DNA from: Sedimentisphaerales bacterium
GTDB lineage: Bacteria; Planctomycetota; Phycisphaerae; Sedimentisphaerales; Anaerobacaceae
Reading direction: 5' to 3'
Length of the DNA: 64,000 nucleotides
Assembly: GCA_963708075.1 (NCBI GenBank)
Contig: OY970194.1
Span: forward strand, 4,128,001-4,192,000
The notes under the pieces were generated by a model. The model searched no databases. It was given only the letters and a program-made list of their open reading frames with translations, and was not told the origin of the DNA. Below, piece after piece: positions 34,401 through 48,217 of this stretch; within the stretch, counting starts at the first letter, position 1; the number at the start of each line of letters is the position of its first letter. Made by a program: the position numbers and the translations under genes.

Positions 34401-37400
34401 CGTCCGGGTCCAGGCTGACCAGCCGCCATTGGGAGTTGTCCCCGTAGTTGAGGCGGGTCAGCCAGTTGTTGTTCTCGTTTGCATTACCTTGGCCATTGCC
34501 GGAGCCGACGGCGGTCGGCCGAAACAGGGTTTGTGTCCCGATGTACTCGTAGACGTTGCCTGCGTTGGCGCCGGCGGTGATTTTGACCGTATTGCCCGTC
34601 TCAATCCAAGCGGGATTGCTGCCGGTGGCGTAGTCGGCCGCGTAGAGGTAATTCGGGTTCCAGCCGATATAGTTGCGGGCGACGGCTACGCCGAGCGAGG
34701 CGCCGATCCCGGCAATGCCTCCTACGGCAATGGCGGCAGAGGCGCTCACGACCACCGCACGGATGCTGGCGGTGTTGCCGGCGTCAAGGTCCACCGTGCC
34801 GGCACTGCTGACCGCGCTGCCCTGGATATAGGCATTGGTGCCGGTGAGGATGATGTTGTTCGCGTCGGCTCCCGCGCCGCTGATGGCGACGCCCGCCACA
34901 CCCGCGAAGCCGGCGGCCAGCGAGGCGGCGGTGGAGATCGCATTGATGGCGGCACTCTCAGTGGCACGGATCGTGATGCCGTCCGATCCGGTGGCGTCGA
35001 TGCCGAAGTCGGTCAGAGTGTCAAGATCGTCTTCATCCGCCGCCAGACCGTCGGCATTGAGGATGTAGGCCTCGACGTCACCGGTGATAGTATTGCGCGC
35101 CAGGGAAACGCCGATCGAGAAAGAGACGCCTACTGTGCCGCCGACCGACGCGGCGAGCGAAGCTGCGCCGGCGAGTGCCTTGATCGTCGAGGTGTCATCC
35201 GCGGTCAGTGTTACGCTGTCGGCCACGATGCCGCCGTCCCCGTCGCCGTCGATGTAGGACTTGACGTCGACGCCGATCTTGTTCTCGGCCCAGACGCCCG
35301 AGCCACTGGCGGCGACGCCGACCGTTCCACCCAGAGCCACCGCCGCAGATCCGGCAAACACGACGGAGTCGATCGTCTGGCTCGCCAGAGAACTGAGCGT
35401 GAGGTTGTCAGCGGCTACTACACTGGTGTCGGCGAGGAAGGCCTGGACATTGCCGGCGACATTCACCCGTTTCCACAACGTGGTGTTGCGGTATGGCTGC
35501 AGGCTGAGGTCGAACGGCTGATTGCCGGCTGTAATCGGATCGCTATCGCTGTTTGACGGGCCGACGTATTCATAGATGTCGCCCGCCAGCGCGCCGCTCG
35601 AGATGCGCACCGTCATCCCCGGAGTCAAGGCGTCAATGTTAGTTCTACTTGTCGTGCCGCTCGACTCATAGTCGACCTCGACGTCAGCGCCGTTGGGATC
35701 CCAGCCGATGAAGTTGCGGGCGATGGAGACGCCGATCGAGACGCCCACGCCTGCTGCCCCGCCGCCCCCGATGGCCAGCGAGGCCGCCACCACCGCGGAC
35801 GAGATTGTCGATGTGCTCGCGGCGTTGATCGTCACATCGTCGTAGCTGTCGAGCACGCTGTCCTGGGAGTAGGCATTGGTTTTGGTCAGGATGACGTTTT
35901 GCGCCACGGCGCCCGCGCCACTGACGGCGACCCCGCCGGAACCGCCGATGCCGATCGCCAGCGAAGCGGCCACGGACACGGCGCTGATCGTCGTATGCGA
36001 CACGCTGATCTTGTTGGTCCCATTCTTGGTAATCAGTTCGAGCACATAGGTCTGGCCGTCGGGCGCCAGCAGCATCCAACTTTTGCCTTCAACCAGGATC
36101 GACAGCTTGAGCTCGTCGACGAGCTGCCACTCGTCGGCGTTCGTATAGTCTTCCTCGCTAAGGTCGATGTCGTTCGGAGTCTGGTACGTCTCCGAGCCGT
36201 AAGTCCCGTAGGTGCCGGAATTCTCGGGCGCCTTCACGATGTAGCGGTAGACACGGCCCCCTAAGCCGCCGGCGTAGTCTTTCGCCAACAGGACCGTGTC
36301 GCCCTCGCGCACATCCTGCTCGTCGTCACTGGACCGGTATTTCGCCGCCGTGGCGACGGTGCCATACAGCGCCAGCGTTTCGCCAAATGCCGTGCGCAGG
36401 GCTTCCAGGATCGCGCGATCGTCGTCGGCATCCTGCACTGCCTCATTGACCGCGTCGTCGAAACGACTGGTGACGCTGTCAGTCTCACTGGCCGGGTCAT
36501 CCGGATTGTCCGTGTCCGCCGTGGCGGCGTCGTCGAGGTTGGCCGCCGTAATCAGGCTAGTCAAGTCCAGATCGAACAGGTGCCGGCCCTGGCTCACCGC
36601 TGAGATCGTGATGCTGCCGCCGGAGGTGGTGACGCCTCCGTCGGCGTTGCTGATGTAGGCCTCCACGTCGTTGCGGACTTCGTTGATGGCTATCGAAAGC
36701 CCAATCGATACCGCTCCCCCGCCCGTGCCGCCGACCGAGGCGGCCAGCGAAGCTGCGCCGGCGACGGCGTTGATACCCGACGCGTCGCTGGCGGCGATGT
36801 GCACGCTGGCGGCGGAGATGCCGTCGGTAGCGGTAGTCGCGCCGTCGCCATCGATATAGGCCTGGACGACGCTGTTGATGCGGTTCTCGGAATAGACCCC
36901 GGCGCCACTGGCCGCGATGCCGGTGGTACCGCCGCCGGAAAGCGCGGCGGCGCCCGATCCCACCTTTGCCGTGATGCTTTGATTAGATTGTGCATCCAGC
37001 GTCAACACATCCAAGGCCTGTACGCTGGTGTTTTCAAGGTAGGCCCGCACTTCGTTGGGGTGGCTGTCATCAACATTGACCTGCTTCCAGAGCGAGCGGT
37101 CGGAATAGTCCAGGGTGCGCAAGTCGATGCTGATCAGTTGCCATCTGTCGGTATCGGTGTAGTCCTCCGCCGAAAGATCGACATTGCTGTCGTCATCGCC
37201 AACATACTGGTAGGTCGCCCCCAGCGTGCCCCCGGGTCCGTCGTAATCATCAGCCACGCGGATGCGACTTACGTTCTTCGTCAGTGTCACGCCGGTTTCG
37301 GAGGAATCGCCGGTTTCGAGCGGCTGAGTCAGGGTTGGGCCGAGGTACTCGTAGACATCACCCGCGCGTGCGCCGTCGGAGATCTTTACCGTCGTTCCCA

Positions 37401-40400
37401 GCGGCGTCCCCTTCGTCTGCGCATTGGACAGCGTTTGCCCCTGCGGCAGGCCGTCACTGGTTTCGTAGTCGCCATCAGCATCGGTGATGTCCCAACCGAT
37501 GAAATTGCGGGCGACGGCAACGCCCAGCGCCACACCCACGCCCGTGGTGCCGCCGTAGGACACCGACGCCGCCACCGCCACAATCGTCGCATCGATATCG
37601 GCAGTGCTCTTGGCATCGAGATCGACCTCGCCGACCTGCTGGCCGGACGAGCCCACGGTGCAGTCGCTGATATAGGCATTCGTAGTGGTCAGGATGATGT
37701 TTGTCGCTTCTGCCCCGCCGCCGCTGAGAGCAACGCCGTTCGTGCTTCCCATGCTACCGGAAACCGCTACGGCAACCGCCGTGGCACGGATCGTCGACTC
37801 ATCTTCTGCACTGATGCTGATATTGCCGCCGTTCGTGAGCACGGCCGGCAGATTATCGAGGAACGCCTCCACCCGGTCATCAATCCGGTTGTGGGCCAGA
37901 GCCACGCCGATCGACAGGCTGAACGAATTGGTAGAGCCGAAGGCGAGCGCGACAGAGACCGCTCCCGCCTCTGCCTTTATCGTCGAAGCATTCGTCGCCG
38001 AGAGCGTGAGATTGCCGCCGGACAGTGTGACACTTCCGGCCGTGATGAAGGCCATCACATCCATGGCGATTTCATTCCTCGTGAACACACCCGCCCCGCT
38101 CGCCGCCAGGGAGGTGCTGTCCGAGGAGGCCGCCACTACTCCCACCGCCGCCGCGTTGACGGCCGCCCCGATGTTCGCGGTAGAAGTCGCCGTCAGAGAC
38201 AGATTGCCCCCAACGTTAAGTACGACATCCTGTGCATAGGCACGCACCTGAAATGCCTCTCGACCGTCCTGGTCCTCACCGCTGATCGTATTGAGGGCGA
38301 CCGCTGCCCCGAGTGCGCCGGCGCCGACCGAAGCGGCCAGCACCAACGCGTCGATGCGCGAGCCATTGTCGGTGGCGAGCGTCAAGTCGTGCGCCGTGAC
38401 AGTGCCGCCATTGATGTAAGCATTCGTGTCGCCACTGATACTGTTGTTCGATAGTGCCCCCGCCCCGCTGATCGCCAAGCCGCTGCCACTGAACACGGCG
38501 ATGGCCAGGGAGGCGGCCACCGAGGCGGACCTGATGGTGTCGTCACTGTCGGCCGTGAGAGCGATATTGCCCGCGGAAGACGTCACATCCGAGTCATTGA
38601 GATACGCCTCAACGGTGCTGTCGATAATGTTCCAGGATACGCAAACCCCGATGGAAACGGAGATGGCGTTGCTTCCTGACGCGACGCTCACCGACACGCC
38701 AATCCCCAGGGTCTCGATGTCGGCATCGGAATCCGCTTCGACCACCATGTCGCCGTTGGCAGTAACGTCGGACGCATCCACATAGGCGAGGACGGAATCG
38801 GTAATTTCGTTCATGGCCAACGTGCCGCCAATCGCAACCGCCACACTCGTACCGTCTCCGGACGACACGGCCACGGCGCCGGCCACCGCAATGGAAAAGA
38901 TCAGAGGCTTCGAAAGGGCGCGGATCTCAATGCCATTCGTGGTTGAGGCGACCGTCGTGTCGGAGATGTACGCGAGGGTTTCGTTGTCGATCTCGTTGTA
39001 GGTCACCGACACCCCGATCCCCACCTTACCCTTGGCGAAAGCGACACCGCCAGCTATGGCATAGATGCTCGACGCATCGACGGCGTTGAGCCCGATCGGC
39101 CCGGAGGCCGTGATGCCGTGCTCATTATCGTCGTCGGACTTGATGAAGGCGGCCGTGGTGTTGCTCACCATGTTGACCGATACCGCCGCTTCCGCTGCCA
39201 TCTTTCCGGAACTGGCGCCGACCGCCGCGGTGACCGCGATGATCTCGGTCTTCGAATCCGCCTGGGCGGAGACGGAGGCGGCCGTCACATCCGAATTGAG
39301 GATAAAGCTTTCAGTGGTGTTGGACACGGTGTTGATCGCCACCGAGGCGCCGATCCCGGCCTTGCCCCCGTAAGCGACAGCGCCGGCTACGGAGACAATC
39401 TCGGCAGCGTCCTCGGCGACGAGGGCCACGAGGGGCACCTCGGTACTCGCCTCCGGGCCGCTGACGACGGTGTCGGTGATGTAGGCCCGGCTTTCGTTAT
39501 CGATCTTGTTGTAGGTAACCTGACCTGCCAGGCTGATCTTGCCTTTGTCGGTGGCGACCGAGACGCTGGCGCCGATCGAATAGATCGCGGCGGGCGTGTG
39601 GGCGCCGAGGACGAGCTGGCGGCCGATCCGGGCCACCGTATGAGCGAGGAAAGCCTCGGTCCGGGCATTGATCTGGTTCATCGTAAATGAACCGGCGATA
39701 GCGGCGCCGGAGCCTTGCCGTCTCGTAATCGTTACGGCACCGGCCAGGGCGAAGATCTGGGCGGCCTTGCCACGGTCCGCGGCGGTGATGACGACGCCTG
39801 TAATGGGCCCCTCGTCCTGCAAGGTGATCAACTGGTCTCCGACCAGAATACCTGTGAGAGTGAGCGTGGTCGCGGAGACATCGGCCAGAGTGTATTCCCC
39901 GTTGTTCTCCTGCGTCCCGGAGACTTTGATCTTCATGCCCGGCCGAAAACCGTCGGCGATCCAACTGCCCTCGGAACGCTCGATCGTATCCTGGGCGAGG
40001 GGCAGGGCGGTAAAGGTAAGCGCCGGATTGCCCGTCATAGCCGCACCCGCCTCGATGGACGGGTCGTCGCTGCTATTGGTGGTCTCGGTGGTGAGCATGG
40101 CGCCGGAGGTGAGGGTCAGCGTCGTCGGGGTGGCGTCCGCTATGATGTAGGTGCGATTGTTCGATGTTGTCCCTGAGACCTTGATCGACTGGCCGGCGCG
40201 GAAGCCCTCCGCAATCCAGTCGCCCGATGAGCGGGTGATGGTGTCCGCGGCCGCACCGTTGTCTCTGAAGGTCAGGGTCTGCTCAGTCGTCGGGCTTTCC
40301 GTGCCAAAAGTATTGGGTGCCGTGACGGCAGGTGTGGCAACGCTCATGCCGCTCGCGGTGCCGGCCGCTACTACATCGCCGGCGCTCAAGGTCAACGTCG

Positions 40401-43400
40401 AGTCCGTTACCTCGGCGATCGTGTAGGTACCGTCGTTGCCATCCGAACCTTGCACATAGATCGTCTGCCCGGCTTCGAAGCCGTCGGTCAGCCAACTGCC
40501 GCTGTCGCGAGTGATCGTGTCCGCGGCCGCACCGTTGTCGGCAAACGTCAGCACCGGACTGCCGCTCATCACGTGTCTCGTCAGCGTCTCGTTGGTCAGA
40601 ACCGCGTCCTGAGCCAGGGTCAGCGTCGACGCCGTCACCTCGGCGATCGTGTAGGTGCCGTCGTTGCCGGCACTGCCTTCGATGGTGATCTTCTGGCCCG
40701 CCCTGAACCCATCTGTCACCCAACTGCCGTTGTCGCGGGTGATGGTGTCGCGCGTGTCGGTCTCTGAGGAGGCGTTGTCGGCAAACGTCAGCTTGCCGGT
40801 CCCCGTCATCGCCACGGTTCCGAAGTCCGGCGACGGGTCGTCCGTGAGACGCGGAGAACTGGAGGTCAGTGCGACCAGGTGAACGTCATGGGCCTTGACG
40901 CTCACGGCACCGTCGATGTAAGCCAGGGTGGTCATGTTGACATAGTTCACCGACGCGTCACCCGAGATGCCCAAGCCGAAGCCACCGGTGTTTCCGGCCG
41001 CATCCTTCGCCGTAGTCGGGGCCCCCGCCGTCGAGTCACCGGATGCCGGCGCCTGATTCTGGCTCAAGGCCACGTAGCCGGCCAGCGAGAAGGAGAAAAT
41101 CTGTGGTCCCGAAAAGGCCTGGATGTCGATGTCGTCAGCCACGGAGATCACGCCGGTGGCAGCCTCGGGATCGTTGGTCACCATCGCCGTAGTGGACGCC
41201 CCGTCTGTGAGCGTGTCCGTGCGAATCAGCGTCAATACCTGCTCCGTCACGTAGCCGATCGTGTAGGTTCCATTGTTAGCCCCGGCGCCTGAGACGGTGA
41301 TCGTCTGGCCGGGCTGGAAGCCATCGGCGAGCCAACTGCCGCTGTCGCGAATGATCGTGTCGGGCGCCGACACCGTATCATCGCTAGCACTGGCCACCGT
41401 CTCGTCGCTCAGGCGCTCGTTCGGGTTCAGGGTGATGCAGGTGTCGGTTACCGAATTGATGGTGTAGGTGCCATTATTGGCAGTCGTACCGCTGACCGTA
41501 ATCGTCTGGCCGACGAGGAAGCCATCGTCGATCCAGCTCCCGCTGTCCCGAGTGATCGTGTCGGGCGCCGTGAGGGAGATGGTCGCGACGCTGGCGCTGC
41601 TGGCGGTGCCCGGATTGAGGCTGTCGCTCGCGACCAGTGTCAGCGTGGAGGCCGTCACAGCCGCGATCAGGTACAGGCCATCGTTGTCGCCCGAACCTTC
41701 CACGCGGATCATCTGCCCGGCTGCGAAGCCGTCGGTCAGCCAACTGCCGCTGCCGCGGGTGATCGTGTCCGCCGCCGCGCCGTTGTCGGCGAAGGTCAGG
41801 CTCCCGCTCATCGCGTGTCTGGTCAGCGTCTCGTTGATCAAGGCCTCACCCTCAGCCAGGAACAGCGTCAAGTCCGTTACCTCAGCGATCCTGTATGTGC
41901 CGTCGTTTTCGGCGCTGCCTTCGATGGTGAGGTACTGGCCCGCCCGGAAGCCGTCAGCCAGCCAACTCCCGGCGCTTCGGGTAATGGTGTCGCGCGTATC
42001 GGTCTCCGAGGCGGCGTTATCGGTAAAGGTCAGGGTATCGGTCCCGGTCATCGCCACGTGCTCGAAGCGCAGCGAAGGGTTGCCGGTCAGGCTCACGTCG
42101 GTGAAGGTGAGCCCGGGCGTACCGCTGATCTTGGCGCCGTTGCCGATGAAGGCCTTCGTGATGACCGTCACCTGGTTGAACGACGCGGAGATGCCGATGC
42201 CGACCTGCGCGCCCAGCACCACCCCGCCCGAGAAGGAGTAGACCCGAGGGTCGTTGGTCGCCCGAACCGTCAGGTCGTCGCTGGCCGTAATGTCGGCCCT
42301 ATCCTCTATATACGCGAGGGCTGTGCTGTTCTGCAGGACGATGTCGCCCGACCCATAGACGGCGATCTTTGCCGATGAACCCTCGGACGCGGCGACGGTG
42401 ATGAGCCTTTCCTGGGTGTCTGCCAGAACGTTGACGTCGGCAGCAGCGGTCACCTTCGCGCCGTCGGCGATCCGGGCGATGGCCTTGTTCTTGGTATAGA
42501 CGAAGCTGATCGCGCCACCAACCCCCGCCTTCGGGTCGTCGAGGGCCTTCACGCTGATGCTCTTTTCCCAGATCCCACTATCGAAGATCAGATCGTTGAT
42601 ACGCTCCAGCATCGCGCTGGACCCCAGCTTGTTGGCGACCTGGTTCGTGAGCAGTTGGTCCAGGAAGCTCCAACCGGCCATCTGGCCGGTCAGGTGCAAG
42701 CCGTTGACTTCGTTCCGGGCGTAAACGGTCACCGAAGCCCCCGAATCCACATCCGCCCCCTCGTCGATATAAGCCTCGGCGACGTTGTTGATGATCCGTA
42801 CATCCACCGAAGCGGCCAAGCCGAACTTGGATCCGGTACTGGAGTTGAAAACATAGGAGCTGAGAATGAGTTGTATCACATCGCCGCCGAGGATGGTCAT
42901 GAGGAAGTCGAGTACCGCGTCAGGCGAAGTGAAGTCCGTCTCCCACGGGAAGGGCGTCAGGAAGGTGGCGGTGATATCAATCGGACCTTTGGCGTTGACC
43001 ACGGCGTTCTCGCCGATGTAGGCCTTGACGTCGTTGTCATCCATCGTGATCGCCACCGCGCCGCCGACGGCAACGCCATCGGAGGTGGACTGGCTCACGG
43101 CCGTGGTGAAGCTGCGGTAAACCATGGACGCGGTGATCTCGATCGCGCCTCCGGCGTCCACGTTCGCGTACACGTTGTCGGCGATAAAGGCATGGACATC
43201 ATTGTCGACCTTAGCGAAGGTGACGGCGCCGGCGAGGTTGAACTTGCCCGATTTTATGACGGGGAAGATCAGGCCCACGACCTCCTCAAGAGGATTGAAC
43301 AGGGGGAAGCCTTTGGTGAAATCGGTGAAGATCGTTAACTTGTCCCTGAAGAACTGGTTGTACTGATTGCTGAGCTGGGTGAAGATGTCTCCAGTGCTGC

Positions 43401-46400
43401 CCAGGCACCGCGACTCGGATTGGGTAATGTTGGACTCCTCGGCGACGGCGGAGATGCTCACATCGCCGGAAGCATAGACTGTCCCGGCAATCCAGGCGTC
43501 GGTGTCCGTATCGATCAGGGTCAGCGCCAATGCCATGCTGACACCGGAAGCGCCCGTATTGATGACCGCGCCGGCCGTCTCCACATCCGTGCTCCCCTCA
43601 GCACTGACGATCAGGTCCCCGGTGTTCACCGTGGTGCCCACCCCCAGGTAGGCCTTGGCAATGGTGTCCGCCTTGCTGCCCGCGAAGGTCACGCTGACCG
43701 GCTTGTTCTTCCCCTGCGACATGGCATTGCCGGTCACGCTGTTGCTGGCGCTGGCGTCGAGCTCGAGGGCACCGTGTGCGGTCACCAATGTCGTGCCGTC
43801 GATCGACGTTTCCGCCGTCGCACTGGACTGCGTCCAGACCGCGGCGAGCCCCGCCACCTTCGGGATCGGCACGCCGGGGAAGGAAGACGACGCCGGCGAC
43901 TCCGCACTGGAACTCAGGCGGACGCTGCCGGTGGCAGCGGTGATGCTGGAGGCCCCCAGGATCTTGACTGTGGCCTCGGCGTTCGACAGGCTGAACAGCA
44001 TCGGGTTGGGGAACGGGATGAACTGGCTGATGATCGTCTCCGGATCAGGGACCAGCAACTGGCCGATGACCTGAGCACCCGCCACGTCCGCTTCGTCAAC
44101 GAGGGTGTCGTCCCAGATGAGCGTGATGGTGTCGAGGGTCGCGACCGCCACGGTATAGTACCCGTCGTTGTCTTCCGTGCCGTAGACGGTGATTGCCTGG
44201 CCGGTGAAGAATCCGTCGAGGAGCCAACTGCCGGTGTCACGCGTGATGGTACCCCAACCGATCGCATTGTGGCCGAAGGTCAGATTCGGGTTGCCGGTCA
44301 TCTCCGGGTCGACCGGAGGAATCAGCGAGGTGTCGGCGCCCGCCTCCATACTGACGGCATTGGCTATGATCACCGTATCCGTGAGGGTGACGCGCGCGAC
44401 CGCGTCCTTCTTCCACCCGAAGACGCCGAAACAGTCTTGGGCATAAGCATTCATCCCGACCCAATCGCCTTTGATAGTCGCGCCTGTAGCCGTGATCGTA
44501 GCACTGGGTCGCGGCGTGCCCGCCCAGCGGACGATACTCGATGCCCAGGCTTCGAGCGTGACGTCGCCTGCCATAAACTCGGCGGCCGCATCCGCGAGCA
44601 GACCGGAGCCCGCTTCGAGCGTGATCGTCCGCGCCCCGAGGTCGATGTCACCGCTGTTTCCGGCAGTCATGCTGGTCGAGAGAACCGCATTCGTCTTAAC
44701 GGTAATTGTGTCCGCTATGACCCCGATATCACCGCCATGACTGGATATGCTGCCCGCGAACACGACGCTATCGACATCGTCATCGCCTACGAGATCTTTC
44801 AGAGAGTCGAGCAAAGAGTCGATCACCAGGTCGATCTCGGCAATGCCGGTTAAGCTCCTCCTGCCGTAAATCTGGAGGTCGGCGGAGAAATCGGCCGGTA
44901 GCGACTCGACGGTGATCGTGTCGCTGCCTTTCCTGCCTTCGATCGTGAGCGACTCCAGGGCTGCAAGCTGCACGATGGAGATCGTGTAGATCGTGCTGCC
45001 CCGCTGTATGTTCAGCCCGGCGTCGTCGGCGTAAACGCGAATCGTGTCGTCGAATGTCGACCCGGTGATGACCGGGTCATTCGCATCGCCGCCTACGAAC
45101 GGCTGCGGGTCGAGGTTGGCGTAGGTCACACCCCCGTACGAGCCCTCGCTGTCGGGGTCCGCAACCTCGACGATCACTCCCGAGATAAGCAGGCCGTCCG
45201 TACCGCCTGTTCCGCCATCAACGCCCACAACACTGCCCCCCGCCTTGATGATGAAAGCGTCGATGTTGTCGGCCCGGCCCGTAAGGTGCTCTATGCCCGT
45301 GAAGTCGCTTTCATGCTCGTTGAACGTCAGCGCACCCGCGTTTGTGCCGGTGACGGTCCAGGTATTGTCGACAACGGGCGCTCCGGTGACTGTGTCATTA
45401 CTGCCTGAGCCGCCCTCGATGGAACCGGAGACGGAGCCTCCACCCTCGAACGCGAAATTATCGTCTCCGACGCCGCCGACAAGATGCTCGACATTGGCGA
45501 AATTCATGCCACCGGCCATGCCGGTGTCCGCACCGCTGATAACCCAATTGGTGCCCGCGTCGGGCCCGTTGATGGTGTCGGTGCCCTCGTGAATATACTC
45601 CACGACCGCCCCTGTGCCATCCTGATCGATATAGTAGATGTCGTCTCCGGCCCCGCCGGCCAGGATATCTCCGCCGGCACCGCCCGTGAGCGTGTCATTA
45701 CCGGCGTTGCCCACGAGAATATTCACGCTGCTGTTGCCGGTCATCTCATCGGCTCCGGAGCCGCCGATGACGTTCTCGATGTTCCACACGCCCCCGGTCC
45801 CCGTGGCGCTGCCCATGGTCAGGTTCACCACCACCGGATCGGTCCAGGTGGAGTAGTCCAGCGTGTCCGACCCGCCCAGGCCGTCAATCGTACCCCCGAA
45901 AGAAACACCGGCCGGGAAGGCAAAGGTATCCTGGCCGCTGCCGCCGACCAGGCTCTCGACGTTCGTGAACACCAAGCCGGTAGTCCCACCCAGGTTCCCG
46001 GCGCCGCTGCCGGTCAGGTTCCAAGTGATGTCCGTCGCGGGCCCCTCAATCCGGTCCGTTCCCTCTTCGCCATCGAAACTCAGGACGCCGCCGGCCACCG
46101 GCAGCGTGAGGTTGTCGGTGGTCTGGACCCGGAGTACATCGTCGCCGGTGCCCGTGGTGATCGTCAGGTTCGCAAGCCCCGTGGCGACCAGGCCGCTCAC
46201 GATGGTGATGCTATCCGCGTCGGACCCCGCCACGTCATGCGTGCCGGTATCGATCACGACCGTCTGGATATTGGTGAAGGTGATGGACTCGAAGGCCACT
46301 CCACCACTGGTTCCGGATATGCGATTCTGGCCCGCCGCGGGACTATCGATCGTGATGACATCTACGCCACCGGGGGTGGTGAAGGTGAGCGTCGAAGGAC

Positions 46401-47400
46401 GAGCAGAGGTGTCCAGGCCCGTGGGCCCGGTGCCGGTTACAGTGGCGCCGTCAATAAGAATAGGCTCAAGACCGGTGAAGGAAATCGAGCTGACGCCGGC
46501 TTGAATCGTACCGTCGCCAAAGACTTGACCGGGGGTATAGGTCCCGGCAACCATTCCAAGGATGACCAGTGTGTCGTATCCGCCCGCTCCGCCGTGGAAT
46601 GTCACAGGCAGTGGCAGATCACCGCGGCTCAAATCCACGACGAGCGTATCATCCGTTTCATCCGTCCCCTGGATGATCAGACCGCAGACTCCGCTCTCGG
46701 CCAGCAGTTGAGGCTGGAAATCCCACACATTAATCATCCCTGAAGCGGTCACGGTCAGGTAATTTGCATCCTGCGGGGGAGGGTTCGGAACGTGCAACGT
46801 GTCAATAAGTTGCTCGGTAGAGGACGGCAAGTCCTCGTATGTCACAGGCGACTGCGGATCGCAGACGCCGTCATCGACACCATTACTGATGGGCTCGCCC
46901 TCGTACGCAACGTCGCAATACGATGCCGCAAGCGAGCCACTGTACTGAGACGAGGTCACGCCGGACAGGTCCGTACTCAGCAGTTGGTCTGTTTCAATCC
47001 CGGATTCAGCCGGTTGGCTGTCAACAATCGTCGAGTCGCTGCCTCCGTTATCGGCCTGCGTCTCATCAGTAGCATTTTGTGTAAGGAACAGTTGAAGACT
47101 GTCGAGCTGGGCGTCAGTCGCACAGTCACTTGTGTCGGTGCTGACCTCTATGGCGGCTACGGGGATAACACTGGCAGTGGGATTGACATCGATGCGAATT
47201 GGATCGACCTCTTCGCTGCCGAACACGGCGGAAAGCAGGAGTCTCGGCTCGAGAGACTCTACGACACAGCCCGCCTGGCGGCCGTCTGTTGTCGCCAGTG
47301 AGCTCTTGCCTGCCCACCACTTCGCCAACCGTCCTATCACCACTACTCCCCTCACACGCACCACGCCGGTACGTGGAGATACCCACCTTCGCCGCGCCAC
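25464..47400 (-). CDS. Giant (~7,300 aa) LEPRxLL-motif repetitive surface protein/adhesin, split by two single-base frameshifts (~34247, ~28315)
   Basis: GAAGGAG RBS + GTG; VESLEPRLLLS; RTX-like GGxGxD repeats; Ala/Gly/Ser-rich repeats; adding 1 nt at each site joins ORFs 34150-47400, 28304-34429 and 25464-28292 with continuous repeat pattern. Confidence 0.85.
39830..42060 (-). repeat. Eight intragenic ~70-90 aa repeats DTITRxxGSWxxDGFxxGQ..NDGTYTI
   Basis: Counted in the translation; a further copy near 44090-44260 and a degenerate one near 29380-29490. Confidence 0.9.
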
Positions 47401-47547
47401 GCTCCTTCAGTAGAATATCCCTGCTGAGCCGGCACTCGCAGGTGCCGCTCAAGCTAAGAAATGAATCGGACTGGCTCTGCGGCTCTCACCCTTAGATGCC
47501 TACGTTCGACTCCGACAGTGCCGTCGGGGACGACTGCACACCATGAC

Positions 47548-47577
47548 ATCTTAACTCAGGCTGCCCATCTTCGTCAA
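47548..47577 (-). promoter_or_regulatory. Putative promoter of the giant protein
   Basis: Minus strand TTGACG-N18-TAAGAT. Confidence 0.4.
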
Positions 47578-48019
47578 GGAAAAATCGAGATTTCCTCAAG
47601 GTGAGGCGCACGTCACGCCCATGGGTAGGTTTTCAGGCAGCTAAGGACCTCCGCTCCCAGTCGCTACACACACAGGATCGGCCACTGCCCTGGTGACCCC
47701 GGGGCTGTTTCGAGAACCACTCGTTGCAGCAAACCCTGCCCCTCATTGCCGCAGCAAGTCTGTTCTGTCACTCGGTCCTCTAAAGCCCCAGATTCCTGTG
47801 AAATAGAGACAATTCCTCTCCCTAAGCGGCTCCCGATGTCGCGACGATCCTGGCATCCATGGCACACTATCCCTCCCTTGCGACAAATCCTCAAAACAGC
47901 CTTTTGGGCCTATCGCAGAGCAATTCTGATACCTGCAAACGTGACGTGCACCCGCCTGCCACGAGTCGGGCGTCCCACAGGATCGCCGCGGCATTCCGGC
48001 GAAAATATGGACATGCCTA

Positions 48020-48048
48020 TTGACAAGGGTTGGAGAAGCTGATATCGT
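48020..48048 (+). promoter_or_regulatory. Putative sigma70 promoter of the VPLPA-CTERM gene
   Basis: TTGACA-N17-TATCGT with TG extension. Confidence 0.5.
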
Positions 48049-48217
48049 CGAGTTAGAAGGCGCAGGGAAGTTGTGCCGGATCACACTATGCGTCTTTCCT
48101 TAAGCCCCAAGGTACTAAGGCACAGGGACGTACTGTGCGGCGATAGGCCGACCATTGCAGAATCACTGCGTCGGCATTTCGCCTGAGTCGTTGAGGTTTG
48201 AAGGAAGGAGGAGAGAC

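Noticed and set aside
28961..46743. Long plus-strand ORFs such as 32111-34324, 36799-38454 and 43420-44853
   Set aside because: Antisense shadows of the GC-rich giant gene
48050..48170. c-di-GMP riboswitch upstream of the VPLPA-CTERM gene
   Set aside because: A GCACAG/CTGTGC hairpin exists but the GEMM consensus could not be matched; needs an Rfam scan
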